Assembly (NCBI GenBank): GCA_023245435.1
Contig: JAHFKH010000004.1
Span: 3,714 to 37,958 of the forward strand
Direction of reading: 5' to 3'
Length of the DNA: 34,245 bases
Origin: Candidatus Shapirobacteria bacterium
Lineage (GTDB): Bacteria; Patescibacteriota; Microgenomatia; UBA12405
Notes under the pieces: generated by a model
The model's input: only the letters and a program-made list of their open reading frames with translations
The model's database searches: none
Told to the model about the DNA's origin: nothing
Part shown: piece after piece, positions 8,786 through 16,819 of the stretch
Position numbering within the stretch: position 1 is the stretch's first letter
Layout: each line of letters starts with the position of its first letter
Translations under genes and position numbers: made by a program

Positions 8786-8897
8786 TGTTATAATCACATC
8801 TGTCCTACCGAAGACAGCAGGCACTCAAATAAGTCCCGCCGAGGAAAAAACTTAGATTTACTCAATCTTTGCCTCGATTTTCGAGGCTTTTTTTATT
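8786..8897 (+). promoter_or_regulatory. rplJ promoter (TGTTATAAT) plus L10-leader-like 5' UTR with terminator/antiterminator potential
   Basis: Extended -10 at 8786-8794; hairpin ctgtc-ctaccgaa-gacag at 8800-8817; ccgagg (8838-8843) can pair with the left arm of the 8871-8887 hairpin. Confidence 0.5.
8871..8897 (+). terminator. Intrinsic terminator-like hairpin immediately upstream of rplJ (attenuator)
   Basis: gcctcga-ttt-tcgaggc followed by tttttttatttt, ending 10 nt before the rplJ ATG. Confidence 0.6.
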
Positions 8898-8906
8898 TTA
8901 AAAAAT

Positions 8907-9425
8907 ATGTCAATCAATAAAACTAACAAAATCAATCAAGTTGAGACTGTTTCTCAATCCTTAACTTCAGCCAAATCAGCCGCTCTATTACAATATCAAG
9001 GTTTAACTGCCGGTGATATTTCTACTCTCCGCGACAAAATTCGTGCCAGTGGTGGCCGTCTTGAAGTTGTCAAGAACTCATTAATTACCCGAGCTTTGGC
9101 CAAAATTGGTATAAATTTACCCACGACTCTAACTGGTCCTACTGCCATTGCCTTTTCTGACAATGACGAAATTGCCCCCTTAAAAGAAATTGAAACCGTT
9201 AACAAATCCAAAGAAAAAACCTTTTTCAAATACGGTATTTATGGTGGCAAATTGTTATCAGCCGAAGATCTAACTAAATTTTTATCACTCCCTTCCAAAT
9301 CTGCTCTTATTTCCCAATTATTAGGTGGACTCAAAAACCCATTACAACGTATGGTTTATGCCATGCGCTATAACCAAACTCAATTGGTTCTCACATTAAA
9401 AGCTGTCAGTGAGAAAAATAAATAA
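8907..9425 (+). CDS. rplJ: 50S ribosomal protein L10
   Basis: L10-like sequence (LLQYQGLTAGDISTLRDKIRASGGRLEVVKNSL...) directly upstream of L7/L12. Confidence 0.9.
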   Translation: MSINKTNKINQVETVSQSLTSAKSAALLQYQGLTAGDISTLRDKIRASGGRLEVVKNSLITRALAKIGINLPTTLTGPTAIAFSDNDEIAPLKEIETVNKSKEKTFFKYGIYGGKLLSAEDLTKFLSLPSKSALISQLLGGLKNPLQRMVYAMRYNQTQLVLTLKAVSEKNK

Positions 9426-9433
9426 TTTTATTA

Positions 9434-9456
9434 GCCCCGCCGGCGAGGCGGCCCCG
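9434..9456 (+). repeat. Isolated GC-rich mini-hairpin in the rplJ-rplL spacer
   Basis: gccccgccggcgaggcggccccg; ccgcc/ggcgg stem with a 5-nt loop inside otherwise AT-only spacer. Confidence 0.4.
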
Positions 9457-9494
9457 ATTTATTACATTATTAATTATTAATTAAAAATAAAAAT

Positions 9495-9881
9495 ATGGAT
9501 AAAAAATTAGAAAAAATCCTAAATGACATTGCTGAATTATCAGTAATGGAACTCTCCGAGTTAGTTAAAGCTCTCGAAGAAAAATTCGATGTTAAGGCTG
9601 TCGCCATGGCTGCCGCTCCTGCTGCTGGTGCAACTGGTGCTGCTGCTCCTGCTGCTGCAGTTGAAGAAAAGACCGAATTTGATGTCGTTATCACCAACGC
9701 TGGTGCTAACAAAATCGCCGTTATCAAAGCTGTTCGTGAATTTAAACCTGAATTAGGTTTGAAAGAAGCCAAAGATATGGTTGACGCATGTCCTGCCAAC
9801 CTTGGTACCATGAAAAAAGAAGCTGCTGCCGAAGCTAAAACCAAGCTTGAAGCCGCTGGTGCTCAAGTTGAGCTCAAATAA
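9495..9881 (+). CDS. rplL: 50S ribosomal protein L7/L12
   Basis: N-terminal dimerisation helix, Ala-rich hinge, C-terminal [25 protein letters not shown]. Confidence 0.95.
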   Translation: MDKKLEKILNDIAELSVMELSELVKALEEKFDVKAVAMAAAPAAGATGAAAPAAAVEEKTEFDVVITNAGANKIAVIKAVREFKPELGLKEAKDMVDACPANLGTMKKEAAAEAKTKLEAAGAQVELK

Positions 9882-9885
9882 AAAC

Positions 9886-9920
9886 GTCATTGCGAGCAAT
9901 ATTTTTTGCGAAGCAATCCC
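9886..9920 (+). repeat. Short imperfect palindromic motif cattgcgagc...gcgaagcaatc
   Basis: gtcattgcgagcaatattttttgcgaagcaatccc; attgc/gcaat arms; lies between the rplL stop and the terminator. Confidence 0.3.
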
Positions 9921-9926
9921 GTAAAA

Positions 9927-11651
9927 TTAAATCCCCCTTCGGGGGGATTTTTTTATACTAGCTTTAATAAATTCTACAAAAATCGGGTGGGGTGAAAGAG
10001 GTCGGCTTTTATATTCTGGATGAAACTGGGTGCCCACAAAAAATGGATGAATATTTTTTGGCAATTCAATTGCCTCCACCAATTTCCCATCTGGGCTCGT
10101 TCCCGATATTATCAACCCGGCCTTTTCTAAATCTTTTCTATAAAAATTATTTACCTCATATCGATGACGATGCCTTTCCTGTACAATTAAACCCCTCCGG
10201 CCTTCGGCCACCTCCCCTTGACAAGGGAGGTCAAAAACCCTTGCCCTGTCAAGGGAAAGGGTAGGGTTAGGGTTTGAATATATTTTATTTAATAAACTAT
10301 CCTTTTTTATTTTACATGGCCACGCCCCTAAACGAATTGTTCCCCCATATTGATGCAATTCCAAATATTTTTTTTGATCGGGCATCACATGGACTACTAA
10401 ATGCTTTGCTTTGGGATCGACCTCCTCCGAACTAGCATTTTTTAATTTACAAACATTTCGTGCAAACTCAATCACCGCCATTTGCATTCCAAAACATAAC
10501 CCAAGATAAGGAATTTTATTTTTTCGCGCTATTTTAATTGCCTCAATAATTCCCTCTGTCCCTCGACTGCCCCACCCTTGAGGTACTACAATTCCATCAT
10601 ATTTTTTTAGATTTTTTTCATCAATTTCTGTCGATTCAATTGAATCAATTTTAATATTTACCCCATTGGCTATTGCGCCATGTTTCAAAGCTTCTAACAC
10701 CGATACATATACATCAGCGTGCTTACCCTTACCATGATTAACATATTTCCCTACCAATGCAATCCTCACCAGCGCCCCTTGCGGGCGCGCCATTAATTGT
10801 TTCCATCCTTTTAATTTTGGTTTTAAGTTTTTAATTTTAAAAACTTTTGCAATTTTTTTAAGTATTCCCTGATTTTCTAACACCAATGGCACTTCATAAA
10901 TCGACCCACAATCGGCATCATCAAAAATTGCATCATCATCTAAAAAACACCGTTTGGCCAAGGTTTCTCGCCGTGGCAAATCCAGTCCAATTTCACTTCG
11001 AGTAATTAAAATATCGGGAGTAATTCCCGTCGATCGCAATTCCGAAATTGCGTGTTGCGTTGGTTTAGTTTTTAGCTCTCCCACATTTTTTAAATAGGGC
11101 ACATAAGACACCAACACATACATTGCTTTTCGTTCACGACCCATTTCCCGAGCCGCGTACAAAAAAGGTAAGTTTTCAATATCACCCGTTGAGCCTCCGA
11201 TTTCCACCACCACAAAATCAAAACCGTTTTCCACTTCATAAAACCGCCTTTTCACTTCATTTGGGACATCAGGAATCATTTCTACATCACGACCTTCATA
11301 TAGGAAGGCGCGTTCATCCTCGATTATTTTTTTATAAATTTTACCCGAGGTAATATTATTATCCTTGGAAAAATTTTGATTTAAAAAACGTTCGTAATTT
11401 CCCAAATCCTGATCAATTTCCCCCCCATCCTCAGTCACAAAAGTTTCCCCGTGTTCTTGCGGTCGCATTGTTCCCGCATCAACATTTAAATATGGATCAA
11501 TTTTAACCATATTAACTTTAAAACCACACGATTTGAGCAACATTCCAATTGACGATGCCACAATCCCCTTACCCAAACCCGATACCACCCCACCCACTAC
11601 AAAAATATATTTCATAATCCTCATTGTGGACCCACTTGTCAATTTATTCAA
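9927..11651 (-). CDS. pyrG: CTP synthase, probably starting at the MKYIFVVGG Met (nt 11615)
   Basis: YIFVVGGVVSGLGKG, GLCFGMQ, ERHRHRYEVN glutaminase motifs; two GC-rich in-frame blocks (listed separately as repeats). Confidence 0.95.
   Translation of the reverse strand: MNKLTSGSTMRIMKYIFVVGGVVSGLGKGIVASSIGMLLKSCGFKVNMVKIDPYLNVDAGTMRPQEHGETFVTEDGGEIDQDLGNYERFLNQNFSKDNNITSGKIYKKIIEDERAFLYEGRDVEMIPDVPNEVKRRFYEVENGFDFVVVEIGGSTGDIENLPFLYAAREMGRERKAMYVLVSYVPYLKNVGELKTKPTQHAISELRSTGITPDILITRSEIGLDLPRRETLAKRCFLDDDAIFDDADCGSIYEVPLVLENQGILKKIAKVFKIKNLKPKLKGWKQLMARPQGALVRIALVGKYVNHGKGKHADVYVSVLEALKHGAIANGVNIKIDSIESTEIDEKNLKKYDGIVVPQGWGSRGTEGIIEAIKIARKNKIPYLGLCFGMQMAVIEFARNVCKLKNASSEEVDPKAKHLVVHVMPDQKKYLELHQYGGTIRLGAWPCKIKKDSLLNKIYSNPNPTLSLDRARVFDLPCQGEVAEGRRGLIVQERHRHRYEVNNFYRKDLEKAGLIISGTSPDGKLVEAIELPKNIHPFFVGTQFHPEYKSRPLSPHPIFVEFIKASIKKSPRRGI
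9929..9954. terminator. Bidirectional terminator between convergent rplL and pyrG
   Basis: aaatccccc-TTCG-gggggattt with T-run on the + strand and A-run/T-rich on the - strand; overlaps the last pyrG codons (SPRRGI*). Confidence 0.8.
10189..10275. repeat. GC-rich double-hairpin element embedded in frame in pyrG
   Basis: ggcc-ttc-ggcc, cctccccttg-a-caagggagg and cccttg-ccctgt-caaggg hairpins plus a gggttagggtt tail; encodes NPNPTLSLDRARVFDLPCQGEVAEGRRG just before ERHRHRYEVN. Confidence 0.7.
10767..10792. repeat. GC-rich hairpin block in frame in the pyrG interdomain linker
   Basis: caccagcgccc-cttgc-gggcgcgcc; gcgccc/gggcgc stem; encodes ARPQGAL with GC-rich codons unlike the rest of the gene. 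Confidence 0.5.
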
Positions 11652-11705
11652 TTGATATCTTTTATTTTTTATTTATAATATCTTTATTCCCACCCCAAAT
11701 TAATT

Positions 11706-12731
11706 CTACTTTAATTTTTCCGGAATCTGGCCTACCTTTCCCGACATCGATTTTGGACAAATCAACAAACCGTTAGGTGAATCAATTACTACCAAATCTG
11801 ATAGACCAATTATTGCCACAGTTTTATCAGACCTAACAAAATTATTTTGACCTTCAATTTCAATCTGCTTGTCTTTATTTAACAAATTATTATCTTCCAA
11901 ATATTTATCTACCGACTCCCACGTTCCCAAATCTACCCAATCAAAAGGCAATTCCACCATTATTCCCTGTCCGCTTCGATGTAGCAACGGCGTCACTTCT
12001 TCTTGGGCTCCCTTTGCCATCTTCAAAAAATTTTCATCAACTGGCCCTCCATTTACTATTTCCGTCAAAGGTTCATACCAATCTTTTCGATACTTTTCAT
12101 AAATTTTTAAATAATTATTTGGCGTTATTGTTGTATGATTACAATGAATCATCAAACCATCTGTCCCCATATATTTTTGCAGTTTTTCTTCTTCGCTTCG
12201 ATCAATATAATCAGCCACTTCATATACATTTATTCCGTTTTGATTGTCAAGTAATTTTCCTTTAACTAAATAATCCACTCCTCGAACAATTCTATCGGGT
12301 TTTATACAACCAGTAATATATTTATCGCTATTCAAAGCATACTTTTCCAAAACCTGAGCCATATCAAACAATCTCTCAACCGGTTTTCGCAAATCATCAG
12401 CCTGAATCAACATAAAAGGTTCGTCACCAAAACCTTTCTTGGTCAATAATGCTGCCGTCAATCCAATTGCCGGACCAGTATTTCTTGGTTCTGGTTCAAG
12501 TAAAATATTATCTTTGCTAATTTCTGGTTCTTGTTTTAAAGCCAATTCAGCTTGAATCGGATTGGTCTGTAAAAATATATCAGCGGCATCAATTTTTTTT
12601 CGCAAATCTTCCCAATTTATTTGAAACAAAGATTTACCAGAAACTAATGGTAAAAAATGTTTTGGCATCGTTGGACTACTTTCTGGCCACAACTTTGCCC
12701 CCACTCCTCCACAGATGATTACATATTTCAT
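11706..12731 (-). CDS. manC: Mannose-1-phosphate guanylyltransferase-like nucleotidyltransferase
   Basis: MKYVIICGGVGAKLWPESSPTMPKHFLPL N-terminus. The ATG at 12731 is preferred (TATAAT 9 nt upstream at 12741-12746) over the TTG at 12749. Confidence 0.7.
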   Translation of the reverse strand: MKYVIICGGVGAKLWPESSPTMPKHFLPLVSGKSLFQINWEDLRKKIDAADIFLQTNPIQAELALKQEPEISKDNILLEPEPRNTGPAIGLTAALLTKKGFGDEPFMLIQADDLRKPVERLFDMAQVLEKYALNSDKYITGCIKPDRIVRGVDYLVKGKLLDNQNGINVYEVADYIDRSEEEKLQKYMGTDGLMIHCNHTTITPNNYLKIYEKYRKDWYEPLTEIVNGGPVDENFLKMAKGAQEEVTPLLHRSGQGIMVELPFDWVDLGTWESVDKYLEDNNLLNKDKQIEIEGQNNFVRSDKTVAIIGLSDLVVIDSPNGLLICPKSMSGKVGQIPEKLK

Positions 12732-12751
12732 AGTGACTTCATTATACAAAC

Positions 12752-12769
12752 CAATTCACCTTTTGCAAA
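12752..12769 (+). repeat. 18-bp direct repeat, copy 1 (caattcaccttttgcaaa)
   Basis: Perfect match to 13074-13091. Confidence 0.9.
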
Positions 12770-12805
12770 TAGAAATCCAATTAATATCATAGTACAATCA
12801 CCATT

Positions 12806-13069
12806 ATGACAACAGAAATAAAAGGTTTGGGACATAAACGAAAGATTAATCATGGCCAAACAGATTTTAGAGACGGCGTCAATACCAACTATGTTGTCGA
12901 AGATTTTGGAATAGGCCCAAGAACATTTATTCCAGGTTTTTCAATTACAAAATTTGTTGAAACTAAACCCGGAGAAATAATCTATTGCTATCCTTTATTG
13001 AATCCCAACCCAAACACTGAAATAAAATTATCTAGTAAAACAGTAAGAGTTTCCTTTATTTCAGACTAA
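12806..13069 (+). CDS. Hypothetical protein (87 aa) inside the repeat-flanked cassette
   Basis: ORF with TACAAT 7 nt upstream of the ATG; no recognisable motif. Confidence 0.45.
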   Translation: MTTEIKGLGHKRKINHGQTDFRDGVNTNYVVEDFGIGPRTFIPGFSITKFVETKPGEIIYCYPLLNPNPNTEIKLSSKTVRVSFISD

Positions 13070-13073
13070 TCAT

Positions 13074-13091
13074 CAATTCACCTTTTGCAAA
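13074..13091 (+). repeat. 18-bp direct repeat, copy 2 (overlaps the last codons and stop of the dehydrogenase gene)
   Basis: Perfect match to 12752-12769; the reverse complement reads TTT TGC AAA AGG TGA (FCKR*). Confidence 0.9.
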
Positions 13092-14070
13092 ACGTATTTA
13101 TATTTTCAATTGTCGTTTTGACAATTCTCCCTATCGCTTCTTTAGTATTAAACGCGTTATGTGGAGTAAAAACCACATCATCCCTATCGCGCAACAAATG
13201 ATAACTTAACACTTCTTGTAAATCATCCTTTGTTGGCCGAGTCGTTGCCACCATCGACACGCTTTCAACCAATTCTTCATCTTCGGTTACATCTAACCCC
13301 GCTCCCCACAAAATTTCATTTGCCAAACCATAAATAATCGCCTCGGTTTTTACCACCTTTCCGCGCGAAGTATTTATCAAAATCGAACCAGGCTTCATCA
13401 ACTTAATATTTTTCATATTAATCAAATGACGTGTCTCGGGAATTGCCGGCACATGCAAAGTCAAAAAATCACATTGTGCCATACATTCCTCCAAACTAAC
13501 ATATTTAAAACCCAATTTTTTGGCTAATTTTGGCTCAGGATTACGTTCGACAGCCAATATTTTCAAACCCAAACCCTTAGCCATCTTTACTACATTTTGT
13601 CCAATTTTACCCACTCCCACTACTCCTAACGTCTTACCAAATATATCAATTCCCGTTAACCCTTCCGGTGAAAATTCGCCCTCCTCCACTGATTGATGTG
13701 CTGGCACAATTTTTTTGGCCACTGCCAATAACAATGCCATTGCATATTCAGCTACAGTTGTTGCTCCATAGCTTGGTACATTCATCACCTCAATATTTCT
13801 TTTTTTGCACTCAATACCATCAACATGATCAATTCCTGTTGATCGTGTGGCAATCATTTTTAAATTAGGTAATTGATCTAATACTTTTTTATCTAATCTT
13901 GAATAAACAAATATCGATACAATATCGTATTGTTTTGCCAATTCAATATTTTCCTGCAATTCTTCAGTAAATATTCCTACTCCGGTTGCCTCTAAATTAA
14001 TTATTTCTCTTTCAATTATTTCCCGCTCCCAACTTTTTACTCCAAAAAACGCAATTCTATATTGATCCAT
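13078..14070 (-). CDS. D-isomer-specific 2-hydroxyacid dehydrogenase, D-lactate dehydrogenase-like
   Basis: FSPEGLTGIDIFGKTLGVVGVGKIGQ NAD-binding region, LINTSRG, GLDVTEDE, TPHNAF; TAGAAT 5 nt upstream of the ATG. Confidence 0.8.
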   Translation of the reverse strand: MDQYRIAFFGVKSWEREIIEREIINLEATGVGIFTEELQENIELAKQYDIVSIFVYSRLDKKVLDQLPNLKMIATRSTGIDHVDGIECKKRNIEVMNVPSYGATTVAEYAMALLLAVAKKIVPAHQSVEEGEFSPEGLTGIDIFGKTLGVVGVGKIGQNVVKMAKGLGLKILAVERNPEPKLAKKLGFKYVSLEECMAQCDFLTLHVPAIPETRHLINMKNIKLMKPGSILINTSRGKVVKTEAIIYGLANEILWGAGLDVTEDEELVESVSMVATTRPTKDDLQEVLSYHLLRDRDDVVFTPHNAFNTKEAIGRIVKTTIENINTFCKR

Positions 14071-14305
14071 AATTTATTCTATATTAAAACTACCTTGTAA
14101 TCCAATAAAATACATTAATTCTAAAAAAAATATAATCCCTTCCGCTTTGAATAAGTTTATTATAATTTTTATTAAATAAATTTCCTTTCTCCCCATTTTT
14201 CCTTATTAACTATAAATATAAAAAACCATCATATTGACCCATTAGTATGCTGTATGTTTTAATGAATATAATTAAAGATTAATCTGATACAAGAGGAGCC
14301 ACCAA

Positions 14306-14563
14306 ATGGACTATCAAACAACAACAGAAGATAAACCTGTATCTCAGAAATCTGCCCAAAAAAAAATTAATGGTGTCAGTATCGACAACCTTCCCGATCT
14401 TTTAACCGTCGCCGAAGTTGCCGACTTACTCCGTGTTTCCAAACTCACCATCAAACGATGGGGTAAACGAGGAAAATTAGCTGCTATCCGTATCAATGCT
14501 CGAGGGGACAGGCGCTATCGCAAAGAAGCTGTCTTGTGGCTATTAGGCATTCAAGCCGAATAA
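14306..14563 (+). CDS. Excisionase/MerR-type helix-turn-helix DNA-binding protein
   Basis: LLTVAEVADLLRVSKLTIKRWGKRGKLAAIRI...RRYRKEAV; one of the few genes here with a clear AGGAG Shine-Dalgarno. Confidence 0.7.
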   Translation: MDYQTTTEDKPVSQKSAQKKINGVSIDNLPDLLTVAEVADLLRVSKLTIKRWGKRGKLAAIRINARGDRRYRKEAVLWLLGIQAE

Positions 14564-14597
14564 AATTTTGTTCCTGCCCAAATTGATTTGCTTAAAG

Positions 14598-14627
14598 GCG
14601 GTCAGATTAATTTCTGGCTGCTTTTTT
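14598..14627 (+). terminator. Rho-independent terminator after the HTH gene
   Basis: gcggtcaga ... tctggctgc stem (two G-U pairs) followed by tttttt. Confidence 0.6.
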
Positions 14628-14629
14628 GG

Positions 14630-15583
14630 TTATACTGTCACTCGTCCTCGTGGTGTCCTTTTAATTAATCCTTTTTTCATTAAAAATGGTTCATAAACGT
14701 CAGTAATCGTTCCCACATCCTCGGTCAGTGCTGCCGCAATATTTTCAACCCCAACTGGTCCCCCATTATATTGATTTTTGACTACATCTAAATACCGTCT
14801 ATCTGCATCAGATAAACCTAAATCATCAACCCCCAATTTTATCAGTGCTCCTTTGGCTTCTTTTAAATTTATTATGCCATCACTATTTACCTGTGCATAA
14901 TCCCGCACTCGTTTTAATAATCGATTAGCAATCCGTGGCGTCCCTCGTGCCCGTTTTGCAATTTCCTCCGCAGCGTCAGAGTCTATGACTGTCTCCAACA
15001 CTTTTGCCGTTCTTTTAACAATTTCTGTCAAATTTTCTTCATCATAAAAATCAATTTGTTGTACCAATCCAAATCGATCACGCATTGGACTTGAAATTAA
15101 ACCAATTCGAGTGGTTGCTCCCACAATGGTAAATTTTTGCAATTTTAAACGGACTGAACGCGCCGATGGTCCTTTACCTAGCACAATATCCAAGGCATAG
15201 TCCTCCATTGCACTATAAAGCGTCTCCTCAACAATTTTATTTAACCGATGAATTTCATCAATAAATAAAAAATCTCCCTTTTTAAGACCAGTTAAAATCG
15301 ATGCCAAATCCCCTGCTCGTGTCAACGCCGGACCAGAAGTTATTTTAATATTTGACCCCATTTCTCCCGACAATAACATTGCCAAAGTCGTTTTTCCTAG
15401 TCCCGGTGGACCATAAAATAATATATGGTCAAGTGATTCACCCCGGGCTAGGGCCGCTCGAATAAAAATATCTAGCTGATCCTTTAATTTTGGTTGACCA
15501 ATAAATTCACTTAATTTTTTAGGCCGAATTGACAAGTCAATTTCTTTATCAATTTTATTTAATTTTGGATCAAGTGGTTCCAT
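14630..15583 (-). CDS. ruvB: Holliday junction branch migration helicase RuvB
   Basis: [12 protein letters not shown], Walker [36 protein letters not shown]. Confidence 0.95.
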   Translation of the reverse strand: MEPLDPKLNKIDKEIDLSIRPKKLSEFIGQPKLKDQLDIFIRAALARGESLDHILFYGPPGLGKTTLAMLLSGEMGSNIKITSGPALTRAGDLASILTGLKKGDFLFIDEIHRLNKIVEETLYSAMEDYALDIVLGKGPSARSVRLKLQKFTIVGATTRIGLISSPMRDRFGLVQQIDFYDEENLTEIVKRTAKVLETVIDSDAAEEIAKRARGTPRIANRLLKRVRDYAQVNSDGIINLKEAKGALIKLGVDDLGLSDADRRYLDVVKNQYNGGPVGVENIAAALTEDVGTITDVYEPFLMKKGLIKRTPRGRVTV

Positions 15584-15590
15584 TATCTTT

Positions 15591-16163
15591 TTATCTGCCT
15601 AAATTTTGTAAACACCATTCTAATTGTGCCTCTAATTCTAATAATTCTTTTGGTAATTTTTTGGTTACATTTTCAATTTCTTTTCTATCAAATCCTAATT
15701 GTTGCAAACTTAAAACAAGGTCATCCTCCAGTAACGGCAGACTATCACGCAAATCAAGTTCTCCCAACCCACCAATTTTAGATTTTAAGTCCACAATAAT
15801 TCGCTGAGCCGTTTTTAATCCAATTCCTTTAATTTTTTTAAAAAAATCAACATCAGCATCACCAATTGCCTTAATAATTTCTAAAGAACTTTTCTCTCCA
15901 ACTATTCCCATGGCTGTTTTTGGCCCAACCCCCGATACAGTTATCATCATTTTAAATAAATCCAGTTCTTCCACCGTTTTAAACCCAAACAAATTAATAC
16001 TACTATCATTCATTGAAGTGTAAATAAACAATTTTATTTCTTCTCCAATTCGTAATTCGTAATTTTTAATTGATAATTGAACTTCATAACCAATACCATT
16101 CACTTCGACTTCAATATAATTTCCAAAAATTCGTGAAACGGTTCCTCTCAAACTACTAATCAT
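15591..16163 (-). CDS. ruvA: Holliday junction DNA helicase RuvA
   Basis: MISSLRGTV..., GIGYEV, HhH motifs VSGVGPKTA and [12 protein letters not shown]; sits between ruvC and ruvB. Confidence 0.9.
   Translation of the reverse strand: MISSLRGTVSRIFGNYIEVEVNGIGYEVQLSIKNYELRIGEEIKLFIYTSMNDSSINLFGFKTVEELDLFKMMITVSGVGPKTAMGIVGEKSSLEIIKAIGDADVDFFKKIKGIGLKTAQRIIVDLKSKIGGLGELDLRDSLPLLEDDLVLSLQQLGFDRKEIENVTKKLPKELLELEAQLEWCLQNLGR
16048..16068 (+). repeat. ATTCGTA heptamer array inside ruvA (encodes NYELRI)
   Basis: attcgta attcgta attttta. Confidence 0.7.
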
Positions 16164-16193
16164 AACCCATCATATCACGACCAAAACCCGAAT

Positions 16194-16652
16194 CTATATT
16201 TTCATTGTAAATCCATGGGTCAAGGCCACCGCCACCGCATCGGCCGCGTGCGACGGGGTGATTAATTTTTCCAAATTTAAACTGTCTCGCACCATTATTT
16301 CCACCTGTTCCTTTTCTGCCCTACCATACCCCACCAAAGCTTGTTTTACTTGCAATGGAGTATATTCAGCTACGGAGAGTCCATTTTTCTGTCCACAAAT
16401 TTTAATTACCCCAATTGCCTCGGCCACTTTTAATGCCGATTTGGCATTTTTGGCAAAAAATAAAGTTTCAATCGCCATTTCCCCTACCCTAAATTTTTTA
16501 ATAATTTTTTCTAATTCACTATAAATTTTCCCTAACCTATCGACACTACTATCTTTTTTACTTGTCACTATTACACCACAAGCAACTAATTTTTCACCTT
16601 CAATTATTCCATAGCCAGTATTTTCTAAACCAGGGTCAATGCCTAATATCAT
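16194..16652 (-). CDS. ruvC: Crossover junction endodeoxyribonuclease RuvC
   Basis: MILGIDPGLENTGYGII, AADAVAVALTH C-terminal motif; TATAAT 5 nt upstream of the ATG. Confidence 0.9.
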   Translation of the reverse strand: MILGIDPGLENTGYGIIEGEKLVACGVIVTSKKDSSVDRLGKIYSELEKIIKKFRVGEMAIETLFFAKNAKSALKVAEAIGVIKICGQKNGLSVAEYTPLQVKQALVGYGRAEKEQVEIMVRDSLNLEKLITPSHAADAVAVALTHGFTMKI

Positions 16653-16772
16653 AACCCATTATATACTACTAATAACTATAGGATATGCCAAGTTTTCCAC
16701 ACTTATCCACATTTTTTCCCATATTATTTTTAACCTTGATATTTATTATCAAATTCACCCATCTTACCAATA

Positions 16773-16807
16773 ACTCGTAATTGACAACTCGTAACTGTTA
16801 ACTGTTA
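16773..16807 (+). repeat. ACTCGTA/ACTGTTA heptamer array (5 units) abutting the murB -10 box
   Basis: actcgta attgaca actcgta actgtta actgtta; 29/35 identical to 22250-22284. Confidence 0.8.
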
Positions 16808-16813
16808 TATAAT
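16808..16813 (+). promoter_or_regulatory. -10 box TATAAT 6 nt upstream of the murB ATG
   Basis: Exact hexamer; no Shine-Dalgarno. Confidence 0.45.
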
Positions 16814-16819
16814 GTACTC

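Noticed and set aside
2232-14070. VanH/VanA-like D-Ala-D-Lac pathway (D-lactate dehydrogenase-like gene plus an extra Ddl paralog)
   Set aside because: The dehydrogenase is ~8 kb away in a different transcription unit. There is no VanX/VanY-like peptidase or VanRS. Ligase specificity residues cannot be judged by eye.
16205-16262. GC-rich stretch at the 3' end of ruvC as another palindromic element
   Set aside because: It encodes the conserved RuvC C-terminal motif (PSHAADAVAVALTH). The GC richness follows from Ala/Asp/His codons, and no hairpin symmetry is present.
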